Part shown: positions 37,858-50,898 of the stretch, piece by piece
Numbering within the stretch: position 1 is the first letter of the stretch
Layout: every line of letters starts with the position of its first letter
Assembly (NCBI RefSeq): GCF_018350175.1
Contig: NC_058383.1
Coordinates: forward strand, 27,034,001 to 27,098,000
DNA length: 64,000 bases
Source: Felis catus
Taxonomy: Eukaryota
Direction of reading: 5' to 3'
Position numbers and translations under genes: made by a program
Notes under the pieces: generated by a model
Databases searched by the model: none
Seen by the model: the letters and a program-made list of their open reading frames with translations, nothing else
What the model was told of the DNA's origin: nothing

Positions 37858-40800
37858 AATGTATTGTTGGATTTGGTTTGCTTATATTTTGTTGAGGATT
37901 TTTAAAAAAAATATATTTATTTTGGGCAGAGTGCAAATGGGGGAGGGGCAGAGAGAGACGGACAGAGGATCCTAAGTGGGCTCTACACTGACAGGCTGAG
38001 GCAGTGAGCCCGATGAGGGGCTCAAACTCATGAACTGCAAGATCATGACCTGAGCCTTGGTTGGATAGTCAACCGACTGAGTCACCCAGTGCCCCAAGGA
38101 TTTTTGCCTCTATGTTCATCAGAGAAATTGGCTTGTAGTTCTCTTTTTTAGTGGTATTGTTACTTGCTTTTGGTATCTGGATTATGCTCACCTCATGGTA
38201 TGAATTTGGCAGTTTTCCTTCTATATTTTTAGGAATTATTTGAGAAGCACTGGTATTAACTCTTCTTTAAATGTTTGATAGAATTCGCCTGTTGTGGACT
38301 TTTGTGTCTTGGCAGTTTTTGATAATTCATTCCTTCTCCTTGCTGGTAACAGTCTCTTCAGATAGTCTATTTATTCCTCTTTCAGTTTTGGTAGGTTACA
38401 TGTTTCTAGGAACTTATCCATTTTTTTCTAGATTGTCCAGTTTGTTGGCATATACTTTTTCATAATACTCTCTTACAGTTGTTTGTATTCTATTGTGTTG
38501 GTTGTTATTTCTCCTCTTTCATTTGTGATTGTTTGAGTCCTTTCTCTTGCTCTTTTTTTTCACTCCTTTTTTTCTTTTTCTTTTTCTTTTTTTTATCTGT
38601 CTGGTTAGTGCATTATCAATTACATTGATCTTTTCAGAGAAGTAGCTCCTGGTTACATTGATCTGTTGTTTTTTAAAAATTTCTGTATTATTTATTTCTG
38701 CTCTAATCTTTATTTCCTTTCTTCTGGTGGTTTTGTATTTTGATTGTTCTTTTTTTTAGCTCCTGTAGGTGTAAGGATATATGGTTTGAGATTTTTCTTC
38801 TTGAGCTAGGCCTGTATTGCTATAAACTTCCCTGTTAGAACTGCTTTTGCTATATCACAAAGGCTTTGTGTTTTTATTTTTGTTTCCATATACTTGTTGA
38901 TTTCTTCTTTTGTTTCCTGGTTGACCCACTGATTGTTTAGTAATATGTTATTTGACCTCCATGTATATGTTGTCTTTCCAGATTTTTTTTTCTTGATTGA
39001 TTTCTAGTTTCATAATGTTGTGGTCAGAAAATATGCATGGTGTGATTGTGATTTTTTTGAATTTGTTGAGCTTTGTTTTGTGGTCTAAGTGTGATCTAGT
39101 CTGGAGAATGTTCTGTGTGCACTTGAAAAGAATTTGTATTCTGTTTTAGAATGGAATGTTCTGAATATATCTGTTAAATCCATCTGGTTCAATTGGTTAT
39201 TTAAAGCCACTGTTTCCTTGATTTTTTGTTTGTTTGTTTGTTTGTTTGTTTGGATGATCTAGCCAGTGATATAAGTGGTGTGTTAAAATATGCTATTATT
39301 ATTATGTTACTATTGATTAGTTGCTTTATTAACTGTTTTATGTATTTCGGTGCTTCAGTGTTGGGGACATAAATATGTAGAATTATTACATCTTTTTGTC
39401 AGATTGTCCCCTTTATGATTATATAGTTTCCTTTGTCTCTTCTTAGCTGCCTTGATTTTAAAGTCTCTTTTGTCCCATATAAATATTGTTACTCCAGCTT
39501 TGTTTGACATCCATTTGCATGATAAATGTTTCTACATCCCTTCACTGTCAATCTGCAGTGTGTCTTTAGGTATGAAATGACTCTCTTCTAGGCTGCATGT
39601 AGATGAGTCTTGTTTATCTACTCTGACACTGTATGTCTTAATCAGTCACCACTATGTCTTTCAATTGGAGTGTTTAATCCATTTACATGCAAAGTAATTA
39701 TTGATGTATACTTCTTGCTATTTTGTTAATTATTCTATGGTTTCTGTAGTTTTTCTCTGATCCTTTCTTCTTGTGTACTCTTCCATGGTTTGCTGGTTTT
39801 CTTTAGTGATCTACTTGAATATTTTTCTCTTTATTATTTGGGTATGTATTATTGGCTTTTGATTTGTAGTTTCCGTTAGGTTTGTATGTAACACCTGCAT
39901 ACAGCAGTCTGTATTAAGTTGATGGTCACTTAAGTTTGAACCCATTTTTTACTCCTCTCTCCCCATGTTTAAAGTGTATTGTGTAATACTTGACACCCTT
40001 TTGCGAATCCCTCAACTGATTTTTCTTCTGTAGAAATACTTATCCTTTAATGCTTTTGTGTGTCTGTTTTTCATACTGTCACTTACAGTCTTTCCATTTG
40101 AGATTCCCCATTAATATTTCTTGCATGGCTGGTTTAGTTGTCACGAACTCCTTCAGTTTTTGTTAGAGAAACTTTCTCTTTCCTTATATTCTGACTGACA
40201 GCCTTGCTTGATAGAGTAATCTTGGTTGTAGATTTTTCCCTTTTAGCACTTTCATTTATCATGTCACTCTTGTGGCCTGAAAGGTTTATGCTGAAAAATC
40301 TGCTGATAGCCTTATGGAGTTTCCCTTGTATGTAACTGTTTCTTTTCTCTTGCTGCTTTTTTTTTTTTTTTTAATTTTTTTTTTCAACGTTTATTTATTT
40401 TTGGGACAGAGAGAGACAGAGCATGAACGGGGGAGGGGCAGAGAGAGAGGGAGACACAGAATCGGAAACAGGCTCCAGGCTCTGAGCCATCAGCCCAGAG
40501 CCCGACGCGGGGCTCAAACTCACAGACCGCGAGATCGTGACCTGGCTGAAGTCGGACGCTTAACCGACTGCGCCACCCAGGCGCCCCTCTTGCTGCTTTT
40601 AAAATGTTTCTGTATCACAATTTTTTGAGCCTTTTTCTTTTTTTTGTTCTTAATGTTTATTTTTGAGAGAGAGAGTGCACATGAGCATGCAAGTAGATGA
40701 GGGCAGAGAGAGAGGGAGACCAGGAATCTCAAGAATATGCAATGACAGTGCAGAGCCTGAAATGGGGCCCAAACTCACAAACCATGAGATTGTGACTTGA

Positions 40801-42204
40801 GCCAAATAAAGAGTCAGGCGCTTTAATCAACTGAGCCACCCAGGCACCCCTTGCCATTTTCATTCTTGGTGTGGACCTCCTTTGGTTGATTTTGTTGGGG
40901 GAAATCTCTGTGACTCTTGGACCTGAATCTGTTTCCTTTCCTAGATTTGGGGAGTTTTCAGCTATTATTTCTTCAAATAAATATTCTCCCATCTTTTCTC
41001 TCTCATCTCCTTCTGGGATCCCTATAATGTGAATGTTATGCTTCATGGAGTTGCTGTGTTTCCTAAGCCTATTCTTGTTTTGCATAATTCTTTTTTCTCT
41101 TATTCAGCTTGATTACTTTGCATTACTTTCTTCTAGTTCACTAATGCATTCCTCTGCTTCTTCCAGTCTGCTATTGATCCATCAAGTGTATTTTTAATTT
41201 TATTTATTGTGTTGTTCATCTCCGAGGAGTTCTTTTTTACGTTTTTTCTTTGCTAAGGGTGTCATTGATTTCCCCCTCTTAAGTCCAGTGAGTATCTTTA
41301 TGATCATTACTTTAAATTCCCTATCAGGCATGTTACTTTGATCTTGTTCACTTAGGTCTCTTGCTGTGGTTTTGTTCTTTCATTTGTGATGGATTTCTCT
41401 TTCTCCTCATTTTGCCTGACTCTCTGCTTCTCTGTGTTAGCAAAGTCAGCTACATCTCTTGCTGTTGAAAGTTGTGGGTGGAAGTGCATTTTTAAATAGG
41501 TGGTGCTTGTCCTCCTCTACAGGAGATGTGCAGCCACCCTGGAGACGAGGTGTCTCACTGGTTCCTGAAGGTGGTTGTGTGTTTAGGATGAGAAGCAGGG
41601 GAGGTAAATAGTGCCTGCCAGCTTCTCTGTTCCTGGAGAAGTCCCTCAGGGAACTCTGTGATTAGTTAACCAACTATCCCTCCTGTAAGCCCCACGTGCC
41701 TTTCATGTTGCTGCTTCACTGCAGAGATAGCAGGCTATTTGTTGTGCTATCTCTCTAAGGGTGGGGACTAAGGTGCCTGTTGCCCTTTGGGCTCTCTCAG
41801 AGCAGAGCCAGCTGATTTTTGCTGTTTTTTTAGGTTTGCCTGGAAGCTTTATGTCCAGCTGGTTGTAAGAATTAAAAAAAAAAAAAATTGGCCCCTGTGA
41901 TTTAAAGCCAAATGTTAGGGGATTTCTCTTTCCTTTGCAGGCTTCCTGTTGTGATAGACTGTTTCTCACCTGTGTCTGCTCCTATGGCTTCCTCTGGTAG
42001 TCAGATCCTTGGGGCTTAGGGTCCTGCTGAGTCTTCACCCTTCCTCTTTGATGTGGCCTCTTCTCCACATTAGTTGTGGAGTTTGTTCAGCAAGTCTTTG
42101 GGTCCTTTTCTGGGTATTGGCTCCTATGTGAGTGTTACCTAGTTGTACCCATGGGATGAGATGAGTTTAGGGTTCTCTTACTCTTTTATCTTCCCTGAGA
42201 AGTC
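37858..42204 (-). mobile_element. Older carnivore L1, 5' part (ORF2 N-terminal part, ORF1, 5' UTR), continuing 28260-30976
   Basis: Resumes in ORF2 right after the TSD; ORF1 fragment NIHIIGIPEGDEREK..LFEEIIAEN.PNLGKE; L1-like 5' terminus at ~42180-42204; SINEs at ~37900-38095, 40361-40587 and ~40632-40850. Confidence 0.85.
40361..40587 (-). mobile_element. Very young SINEC_Fc
   Basis: CpG-intact body (cccgacgcggggctc, cgcgagatcgtgacc, gactgcgccacccaggcgcccc), long T tail, perfect TSD tcttgctgctttt at 40348-40360 and 40588-40600. Confidence 0.97.
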
Positions 42205-42207
42205 TCC

Positions 42208-44268
42208 CATCAAGCATCAAATGTATTTTTAATTTCACTTACTGTATTCTTCATATCTGATTGTTGTTTTTTTTTAATCTTTGTTAAGGGTCTCACTGAG
42301 GTCCCCCACTCTTTTCTCTAGTCCAGTGAGTATCTTTTTTTTTCTTTCTTTTAAAAAAAAATTTTTTTTTTAACGTTTATTTATTTTTGAGACAGGGAGA
42401 GACAGCATGAACGGGGGAGGGCCAGAGAGAGAGGGAGACAAGAATCTGAAACAGGCTCCAGGCTCTGAGCTGACAGCACAGAGCCTGACGCAGGGCTTGA
42501 ACTCACGGACCGGGAGATCATGACCTGAGCCGAAGTCGGATGCTTAACTGACTGAGCCACCCAGGGGCCCCTCCAGTGAGTATCTTTATGACCACTACTT
42601 TAAATTCTTTATCAGGCAGATTACTTACTTCTGTTTCGTTTAGCTCTCTTGCTGTGATTTTGTTCTTACATTTGGGACATCATCTTCTTTCTCTTCATTT
42701 TGCCTAACTTTCTGTGTCTTTCTCTCTGTGTTAGCAAAGTCAGCTATGGCCCTTGCTCTTGAAAGTGATGGCCTTAGGAAGAAGAGGTCCTGTCACGTGC
42801 TGCAGTGAGTCCAGTGTCCCCTGTTCATCAGAACCTGGTGCTTCAGGGGTGTCTCCTGTGTGTGTTGCGAGTGCCCCGTAGTTGTGGCTAAGCCACATTT
42901 ATTTGCCTTCAGTCCAGTCAGCTGCAGTGGCTTTTTGCCTGTTGTGGGCAGGGTTTGGTCCCTGTGGTGGCAGTGGGCCTGTCTGGGGCTGCCTTGGGCT
43001 TGAGTTGAGTCTGACCAGGCATTTGCCAGAGACGAAGTAGCACCTGAGAAGCTTCTGTTGGTGGATGGGACTATAGATAAGATTTCTTCCTCCTGCCCCC
43101 TGTCTGGGTTAGTTGGACTGGTTTATGTGGTCATCTGTCCCTCTGCCTGGGGGAGGAGTCACCTTGGAGTGGCGGTGGTGGCCCCTGTTGGGGCTGCTTG
43201 CATACTGCCGGGCTTGTGGCCCCAGTTTGGATGGGCTGCGGCCAAGAGCATATGGTGGGGGGCAGACCCACCATGTGCAGGGGTGTGGGGGCAGATGGGT
43301 GGTGCTGGTTGCAAGGTTTGTGAGCAGCTGGTCCTCTGCAAGAGGGATTGAAGTGGGCCTGTGTGGAGGGGGCAGATCCACTAAAGCACAGCGCCGGGTG
43401 GTGGGGCATATGGTGCAGTCAAGTTAGGTGGTGGATGTTGGCACTGTGCTGGTTCCCACGGGTGGCCGTGTGTTTATGCTGGGGGCGGGGGTGGGAAATG
43501 GTGCCTCTGTTCCTGGAGGAGTCTTGCAGTGTTCTCTGTCCCTTTGGGCCAAGCTCTTCGTAAATAACTCTTTTTATATACCTCAAGCATTTTTTCAAAC
43601 TGCTGCTTCTATTGACATATCTCCATGGGCCGTTTGTTGTTCCGTCTCTTTAAGGGTGGAAGCTCAGGTTCCTATCACCCTCCTGGTTCTCCCAGAGCTG
43701 AACTTGATTGTGAAAGTTAAGGATGTTAAGCCTGACTGATCATAAGACCTCTAGAAGTTAGGCCTCTGTGGTTTTCAAAGTCAAATGTTAGGGGGATTCA
43801 TCTTCCCAGTGCAGGCCCCCGTGTCTTAGGTCTGAGGTCTGCTCCCTTCTCTGTGCCTGTGGTGTCCCTGCCTCCTGCACACAGCCCCATGGGTCAGTTT
43901 GCTCCCGACCATGTTTCCTGCCTTCCTATGGCCCCTTCTCTACAATTAGCTGTGGAGAGTCTGTTCTGCCAGTGTTTGGGTTGTGCTCTTTTTGTTTGTT
44001 TGTTTATTTGGAGAGAGAGTGTGAGAGCTTGTGTGTGAGTAGGGAAGGGGCAGACAGAGAGACGGCGAGAATCCCAAGTAGGCTCAGTGCTGCCCTCCAG
44101 AGCTCAACATGGGGCTCCATCTCACCAACCCGTGAGATTAGGACCTGAGCCGAAATCAAGAGTTGGATGTTCAGCTGACTGAGTCACCTAGGTGCCCCGT
44201 GTTTTGGGGTTATTTATACTGAGCTGTTATCTAGGTTCCTCTTACTCTGCCATCTTCCCAGGAAGTTC
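42208..44268 (-). mobile_element. Second L1 5' module (ORF1 N-terminal part and long 5' UTR), with SINEs at 42338-42571 and ~43990-44198
   Basis: 42217-42770 aligns with 41181-41470; ends in an L1-like 5' terminus (gaacttcctgggaagatggcagagtaa on minus). SINE TSD tccagtgagtatcttt at 42322-42337 and 42572-42587. Confidence 0.8.
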
Positions 44269-45416
44269 TGAATGGGGCATCATTTAGTGTGGAGGTCAGT
44301 GCATGCCATCACCGTACCCCCTACTTCCACCCTAAGGTCACGGTCTCTAGACTGTTTTATTCCAGCTGTGTAGTCCCATCTGGGTCTCAGTGGCACGCTC
44401 TGCCTTTAATGATCATGAAGGGTGAATGCACCACCTGGGTATTCTTTGTCTTTGTCCATGACCTTTGAGAACCACATACAGATGTGGTAGTGAGGTCAAC
44501 CCAAGAAAACCAGTCCTCCTAACGACTACTGGGACGACATAGGCAATCTTGGTTCTGGTTCTGACCATGATACTCGTATTGCGTATCTTGGTAGCTTCAT
44601 GCAAATCACTTGACTCACTCGAGTTTCTGTCCTTTACTTGTAGAATGAAGGGGCTCAAGGACTTTCCCAGATGATGTCAGTTGCCATTTCTGGATGAATT
44701 CGCAGTTAAGGTAAGGCTACCTGTGGAACACAGGTTCTCAGGGGTGTAACACATCACATGTTGTGTTGTCATCACCAGTCAGAAACGGCTGGTCAGATGG
44801 CCTTCCATGTGACCATCAGGGGCCTAGCTCCTTACATACTCTAAGTCTGCCTGCCTTTAAATTGGGGGCTTTGTGAGGTTGCCAGGAATGAGCAGACCAA
44901 TGAATGCTCTAGATGTAGAGGATTCAAAATATGCCCCTTCCACCCACATTCCATTGGCCAGAATTTGGCCCCATGGGATCACACCTATGCACCAGGAAGT
45001 CTGCGAATTGTGGTCAAGCATGTGTGGTGAGGAAAGGGAAACGGCTTTGCTATACAACCAGCCATTTGGATAGAGAAGACCACTGGCCACTTAAATGGCA
45101 GCTTCTCCTTAACAACATCTCCTGCAACCAGGGGACTCCTATACAGGAGGGCACTGTCCTAATCTTGTCAAGAGACAGAGCAGGATGATTAGGGAGTGTA
45201 GCCACACATCCAGGATTGCCCAGGAGGGGCCCAGCTCAGGCCTGTGGTCTTGGTAATTCCAGCCAGTTGGTACCCCTTTGGATAACTGATAGCATCACCC
45301 TCAGACTACAGGATGGACAGAGCAGAGGAGGGGAGAGAGGACCAGATTTGGCGAAGACCTGGGATATTGCTGAAGAGAAGCCATAAGCCGCTGTTCCGTA
45401 AAGACAGTATTTTTTT

Positions 45417-45422
45417 TTTAAT
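45417..45422 (-). terminator. Candidate polyadenylation signal ATTAAA (distal)
   Basis: TTTAAT on + strand reads ATTAAA on minus, at the boundary where the AU-rich UTR sequence stops. Confidence 0.55.
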
Positions 45423-45819
45423 TTTAAAATTCTGCATCTGAAAACACAGTATGACAGAAAGCATCTATGTACACCTGCAGTGTTTTTGGTATGATACAGT
45501 ATTTAATACATCCACTGTTTTCTGCAAAAAATTTTGCTTTGTCAGACAGAAACAAACTCCCCTAGACAAAAAAATACAGCTAAGGCACAATTTCGTTGTT
45601 GTTTTTCTGCTAAATGAAAAGACAGAAAAGGTGCAAAAATGGGCGGGTAGTGCAATCATTTCCAAGAATCACTGTCTACCTTGAGGAAAAGCATTTGTAG
45701 GATTGGAATTTTGATAATTCGTCAATTTCAGATAGTTCAATATCTCTTAAAATACTCCTTTAAATAAATAGCAAAATATCTACATCTTTCAGGTGTGTGC
45801 CATTGGAATTTTTTTAAAC

Positions 45820-45825
45820 TTTATT
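45820..45825 (-). terminator. Candidate polyadenylation signal AATAAA (proximal)
   Basis: TTTATT on + strand reads AATAAA on minus, inside the AU-rich UTR end with upstream UGUA motifs. Confidence 0.55.
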
Positions 45826-48800
45826 TACAGATTTTTTAAATCAATACATTACAAAATATTTCTGTACAGTTTTATGCATATCATGATCTATAACAAAATA
45901 GTTATTTTTAAAAACTATATCACCACATGTCTTTGAAAAAAATGAGGGGGACAGTAATAACTTATCGTGAGGCCTCTAAAAAAAAAAATACCCAAACACA
46001 CGCTATTGACAACATATTAGAAACAAAAAAAGACCGAGAACGGACTCGAAGGACGGTTGCGCTCAATTCCAGTAAATTTCCTATGAAACCCTAGGGTTGT
46101 CTTTGGCCTCCAACAGAGCCTGGAACAACAGAAGGCGCAAGTGTGATCCCTTTGAGAACACGACCCATCAGCTGGGAATATTTAATGCTCTCACTTTCCA
46201 GGCAGGAAGGAGGAAGAGAGAAACTGAGAAACTCTCCTGCTTTACCCTTGAACGAAGTACCTCCAAGTCACCACGCCTGGGTGGGGGTGGGGGAGAGAGG
46301 GTACCTCGGCAGTGTGCGCGGAGGACGGGCTGACGTTCACGTGAGCACCCGAGCCTTCGTTTCACCCACAGGAACAACAGAAGAGTGCTTCTCTTAAAGA
46401 CGGCGTTTAGAAGCCATGTGTATGGCATCTGCAAACTACAGACGGGCAGCCTCTCGCTTAGGAGGCTGCCGCGAAAGCTTCAGGATGCTCCTTCTTCTCG
46501 GATGTTGGTGGAAGGTGGACGGAGAGGGCAGTCAGCTTTCCAAAAATAATTTTAAGGCCACATTTCAAAAAGGAGAAACCTAAGGCTTTTGGGGGTGAGG
46601 GAAGGAAAATGAAGGAGGAGATGGGAGAGGGGGATGGAGGTGCAAGGGGGCAGAACCTGCTTTTCCTGGGGACTCCGTGGGCAGAGGCAGTGGGGAGGCT
46701 TCCCAGCCGGAAGGAGGGGGGCTGCTTTCTCCCTGGGTGGGGCTTGGGGAGGACAGAACCAAAGACAACGTGAGGGGCAGACACAGGTGGCGCATGAAAG
46801 CCCTCAGTCTAGGGTCTATAAAGTATCGGATTTGCAACGTAAAAAAAAAATACTTTTGAGAGACAGAGAAGGAAACAGAGGGAGAGAATTTGCATAGATT
46901 GTACATTCAGCTCGAGCAGATTTGGGACACCTAATTGTTTCTCCCCCAGGTAAACTTCTCAGCAGACACAATGAGGTAGCGCCTGTGGTAGACCCATGGG
47001 CAAAGTAAGGTAACTGAGGCAAAGAGGGCATCCCGCGAGCAAGCAGGGCTTCCGAAACGTGCGCCAGGACAGCTGCTCAAATGTAGGACTTGGAGAGAGC
47101 TGGGCTGCGCCACAACCTCCCGGGCCCCCCAGCCAGCCTGTCATCCATCACCTCTGCCTGGGCGGGCAGGAATTCTGGAAAGTGTGGGCCTCTTTAGGTT
47201 GAAGGGGCAGCGACTGAGGTCTCCAAATTCTTTTTTTTTTAAGCACCATCTTGGGACCTAGGACAGCTGAACAAGCCATTCCTCCTGGGACCCTTCTCTG
47301 CAGGACGGTCTCTCCTGGTTGGAATGACTGGTAAGAGGTTTGTGGTTTCTTCAGAGCGATTGGTGAGATTTCACCAAGGGTGGCGCTTTTCCTCCTCCAC
47401 GTGGGCACTGCCTACCTCATGGTAAACCACCTCTCCAGCCAGCAGGTGGGCCGGCAGGCAGTGCCCAGGACGAACTGTGGAATTTCCCTTTGCCCACTCT
47501 CTCCAACAAAACAAAGAAAAAGCCTTGCCGACACTTAAAAATCAGATTTCCAGTGACCATCTGGATCCCCTGGCCCCACGGGAAGACTGCACTGTGCCTG
47601 CATACTCACGTGCAAAACCAGGCAGCACCCACGATGGAAGGGTCTGGGACCCCTGCCACACAGCGCGGCTCTGACCCGGCAGGTGTTGGCCAGCAGCCGT
47701 TGCCAGTACACCCTCCTACTCCATCCCCCCCTTGGGTGCTGTAGGGGAGCTTGCGTCCTGAGTCCCCGGTAGACTGGGCTGTGTCAGGGGACAGGCTAAA
47801 GCCCTACACGTCTGTACTCTGCCCCTTCCTGGCAAAGAGATCAAGGTTCCAGCTGGTGTCCATGCACCAGCCAGGGAACGATGAAGGCAGTGCATCCACC
47901 TGCCCCCTTGCCCCGTCCCCCGACATCTGGGGCCTTGCTGGTTCTGAATGTGCTGGCCTTTTAAAAGTTAAACTGCCATGGGGAAATGAAGTCCAAATGA
48001 TGCCTTGATCTGACCAGAAAGGTCTCTTTCCAAAGGGAGGAAAGGGCACCCTTGTGACCCACGGGGTCTAGGCCATGCTTTCTGTCCTCCCTGGAGACCG
48101 TTTGGCGAGACTTGGGCAGGCTGGTTGGGAAATCGCACCGCATGCCCCAGCCTCTGGCATGAGTGACTTCAGACCTGGTCAGTGACTCAGTGCCCCAGGC
48201 GCTGCCCTTCCAACTCTGACAGGGTTTCCAGGAGCTTGTGATTAATCGCTCTCAGATTAAAAGAGAGTTCAACTATTAGTGTGTCTCTTGTGGAAACATC
48301 TTTTCTCAAATCATCCTAGGCTTTTGCTTATTTTATTCCCTGACCCAAAAGAAACACCTGGGCTGACTACCTGGCATCTCGAATCCCTTGCAGGGAGGGG
48401 GCTGCGGATCGTGCCCAGAGTAAGCTGGCCCTGGCCCCTCCCCTCGTTCTGGGGGGAAAGCCAGCAACGTGGGCAAGTGTGGACATGGGGCTGAGCCCCA
48501 CACAGGACGCTGTGGAAAACACGCGCTCCTAGCCACTCTCCCAGGAGGGAGAAAAGGCAGGCTCCCTGGGTGGGCTGGGGTGGAAAGAGGTGGTGGCAGA
48601 GGCCTCTGGGCTCGACCTGGGCTTGCAGAGCAAGACCCTCCACAGCCCCTGCAGCCCATTGACAGGGGCTAACTCCCAGCTCGGTCCGACTACTCCCCCT
48701 TTTTCTAAACTGGATCTTTCTTCTTCCCAGGCTTGCAAAGAGTCAGGTTCCCTCTGTCACCTGCTAAGGCCCCTCTCCCTCCACCTGAGTCGTTGGCCTG

Positions 48801-50550
48801 TTCGGTACTGGAGGCCCAGCCCAGGCTCCCACCCTGCCTGAGAAGGAGGAAGGCTTCATTGTCGTGAGGGGCATCCCACTATGAGTTAGCAGATGCTGAG
48901 GCACACACTCTCCTCATAGTGTCCAACACCACTGCCTTTCTCTCAGGACGTGGAGAATACAGAGCAGACAGGAGACAGACAGACACTGGCCGCGGGGAGG
49001 GAGGGGGGGGGCCTTTCATGAATAAAGGCAGCTTCAGTTAGTAAGAGAACATAACTAACAAGCTGCAAACGCAGCACCTACTATTAGTCATGGACTAAAA
49101 CATATAAATAATAAATACTGCAAGTGTCCCTCTTCCAGCCCCTCCCTGGCCCGCAGGACATCCTGCCTGGTGGGGCAGGGGCTTGGGGGTGAGAGGCATG
49201 GGCTCTGCTCCCTTCACACGCATGCTGCACAGAGACACAGGATAGACTCTGCAGCAGAACATGGTGCAGCCACGGGTGGGCCTGTGCCAAAGAAAGCCTG
49301 TCATGGGGATGGGGTGGGGGCTGGAGGAGGAAGGGGGCTGGAGCCACGGCTCAGATGTCAGGTTTCTGCACCTCGAGCACTTGGAGTAACACTGCTGTTA
49401 AGGTAGTAACCAATCACATCCGCAAGCTTCCCCCTTTGACGTGGCACCTCACAGGAGGAAGGACATGGAGTTAGAAACCAAATCTGAAATGCTTTTGCAG
49501 GGATGTAGAAAGTCTGGTCCATTCCTACAGCACCAGGGATGGGGGTGGCAGGTAGGACTCACAGAGGTCTGGAGTGTCCGGACCTCAGGGCAGAAGGGCT
49601 CACGCACGGGAGGGTATTGCTGTGCTGTCCAGCTCAGGAGTTGGCTCCCAACAATCTCTGAGTTTCATGGCCATGGTCCCCAAAGTTCCCACTGGCCAGG
49701 ACCCACGAGGTCATGGTCTCAGTCTCCTGGCCCACGAATGCCTAGGAGACTTGATGCTTATAAGCATCAGCCTGTCGGTGGCAGTCCGGAGGGAGGCTGG
49801 CCTGGAACCCTGGCCCTGTGACACCTTGGGGAACCTTGGCCATGTTCCATCGAAAGGCTCTCCTGCGCATCTAGTGACTAAGGAGGACAACTCAACCCGA
49901 CAAGGCTGGGGGAAGGCTCAGACAGTCTCCTTCTCCAGCCCAGGAGCAGGAAAATGAGCCCAAGCAGGGGGCTGGAGATCAATCAAGCCCACGGTCTGGG
50001 CCGTGCTTTTCCAACTGGCTTTTGCAGAGCCTGTGGGTTCTGGACAGGTACCTTGGGAGGTGCCACTGACAAAGGGACAGCCTGGTGGGCTGTGCTTGGA
50101 GAAGAACCTTACACTCCCCAGCTTCAACCAGAGCAGCCTGGAGTTCAACTGCACCTTGAACTTCCCCCTTCCAACTGAGCTTAGTAAACTAAAGTCTGCT
50201 GCTCAAAATAAAAGTTTTGAGAATCACTTGTCTGGGGGACTGGGTCACTGGCAGGGACAACAAAGAACCTATAGGCTTTGAGGATCAACCAAAAGAGGTA
50301 AGACCACTGTGGCGCGGGGACCAAGCAGTCCTTGCCCCCAGTACCCAGCTTGTCAAATGCAGGTCGTCGGCAGAAACGGCTTTGACCTCTACACCTTCCT
50401 TCTCCATCATTCTGTAGCCATGAGAGCTCCTCTCACAAAAGACACCCCTCCCCCCCCCCGCCCCGGGGGTGGGAGGCCAGGGTCCAGGTGCCACCGGCCC
50501 CCCTGGCTGCTTTCCCTTTGAGATCTGCTGTGGCTCACGTGTGCCCAGTG

Positions 50551-50898
<348 letters not shown>

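Larger units (their letters stand above)
45400..50550 (-). other. XYLT1: XYLT1 long 3' UTR (~5.1 kb)
   Basis: Nearly transposon-free sequence after the stop codon, ending in an AU-rich block (45400-46030) with polyadenylation signals. Exact end is inferred. Confidence 0.75.

Noticed and set aside
46087..46098. 12-bp palindrome AACCCTAGGGTT resembling fused telomeric units
   Set aside because: Single short occurrence with no telomeric array; plausible by chance in 64 kb.
47436..47455. CTCF-like motif CCAGCAGGTGGGCC
   Set aside because: Mismatch at a highly informative core position; cannot be supported without a PWM score or ChIP data.
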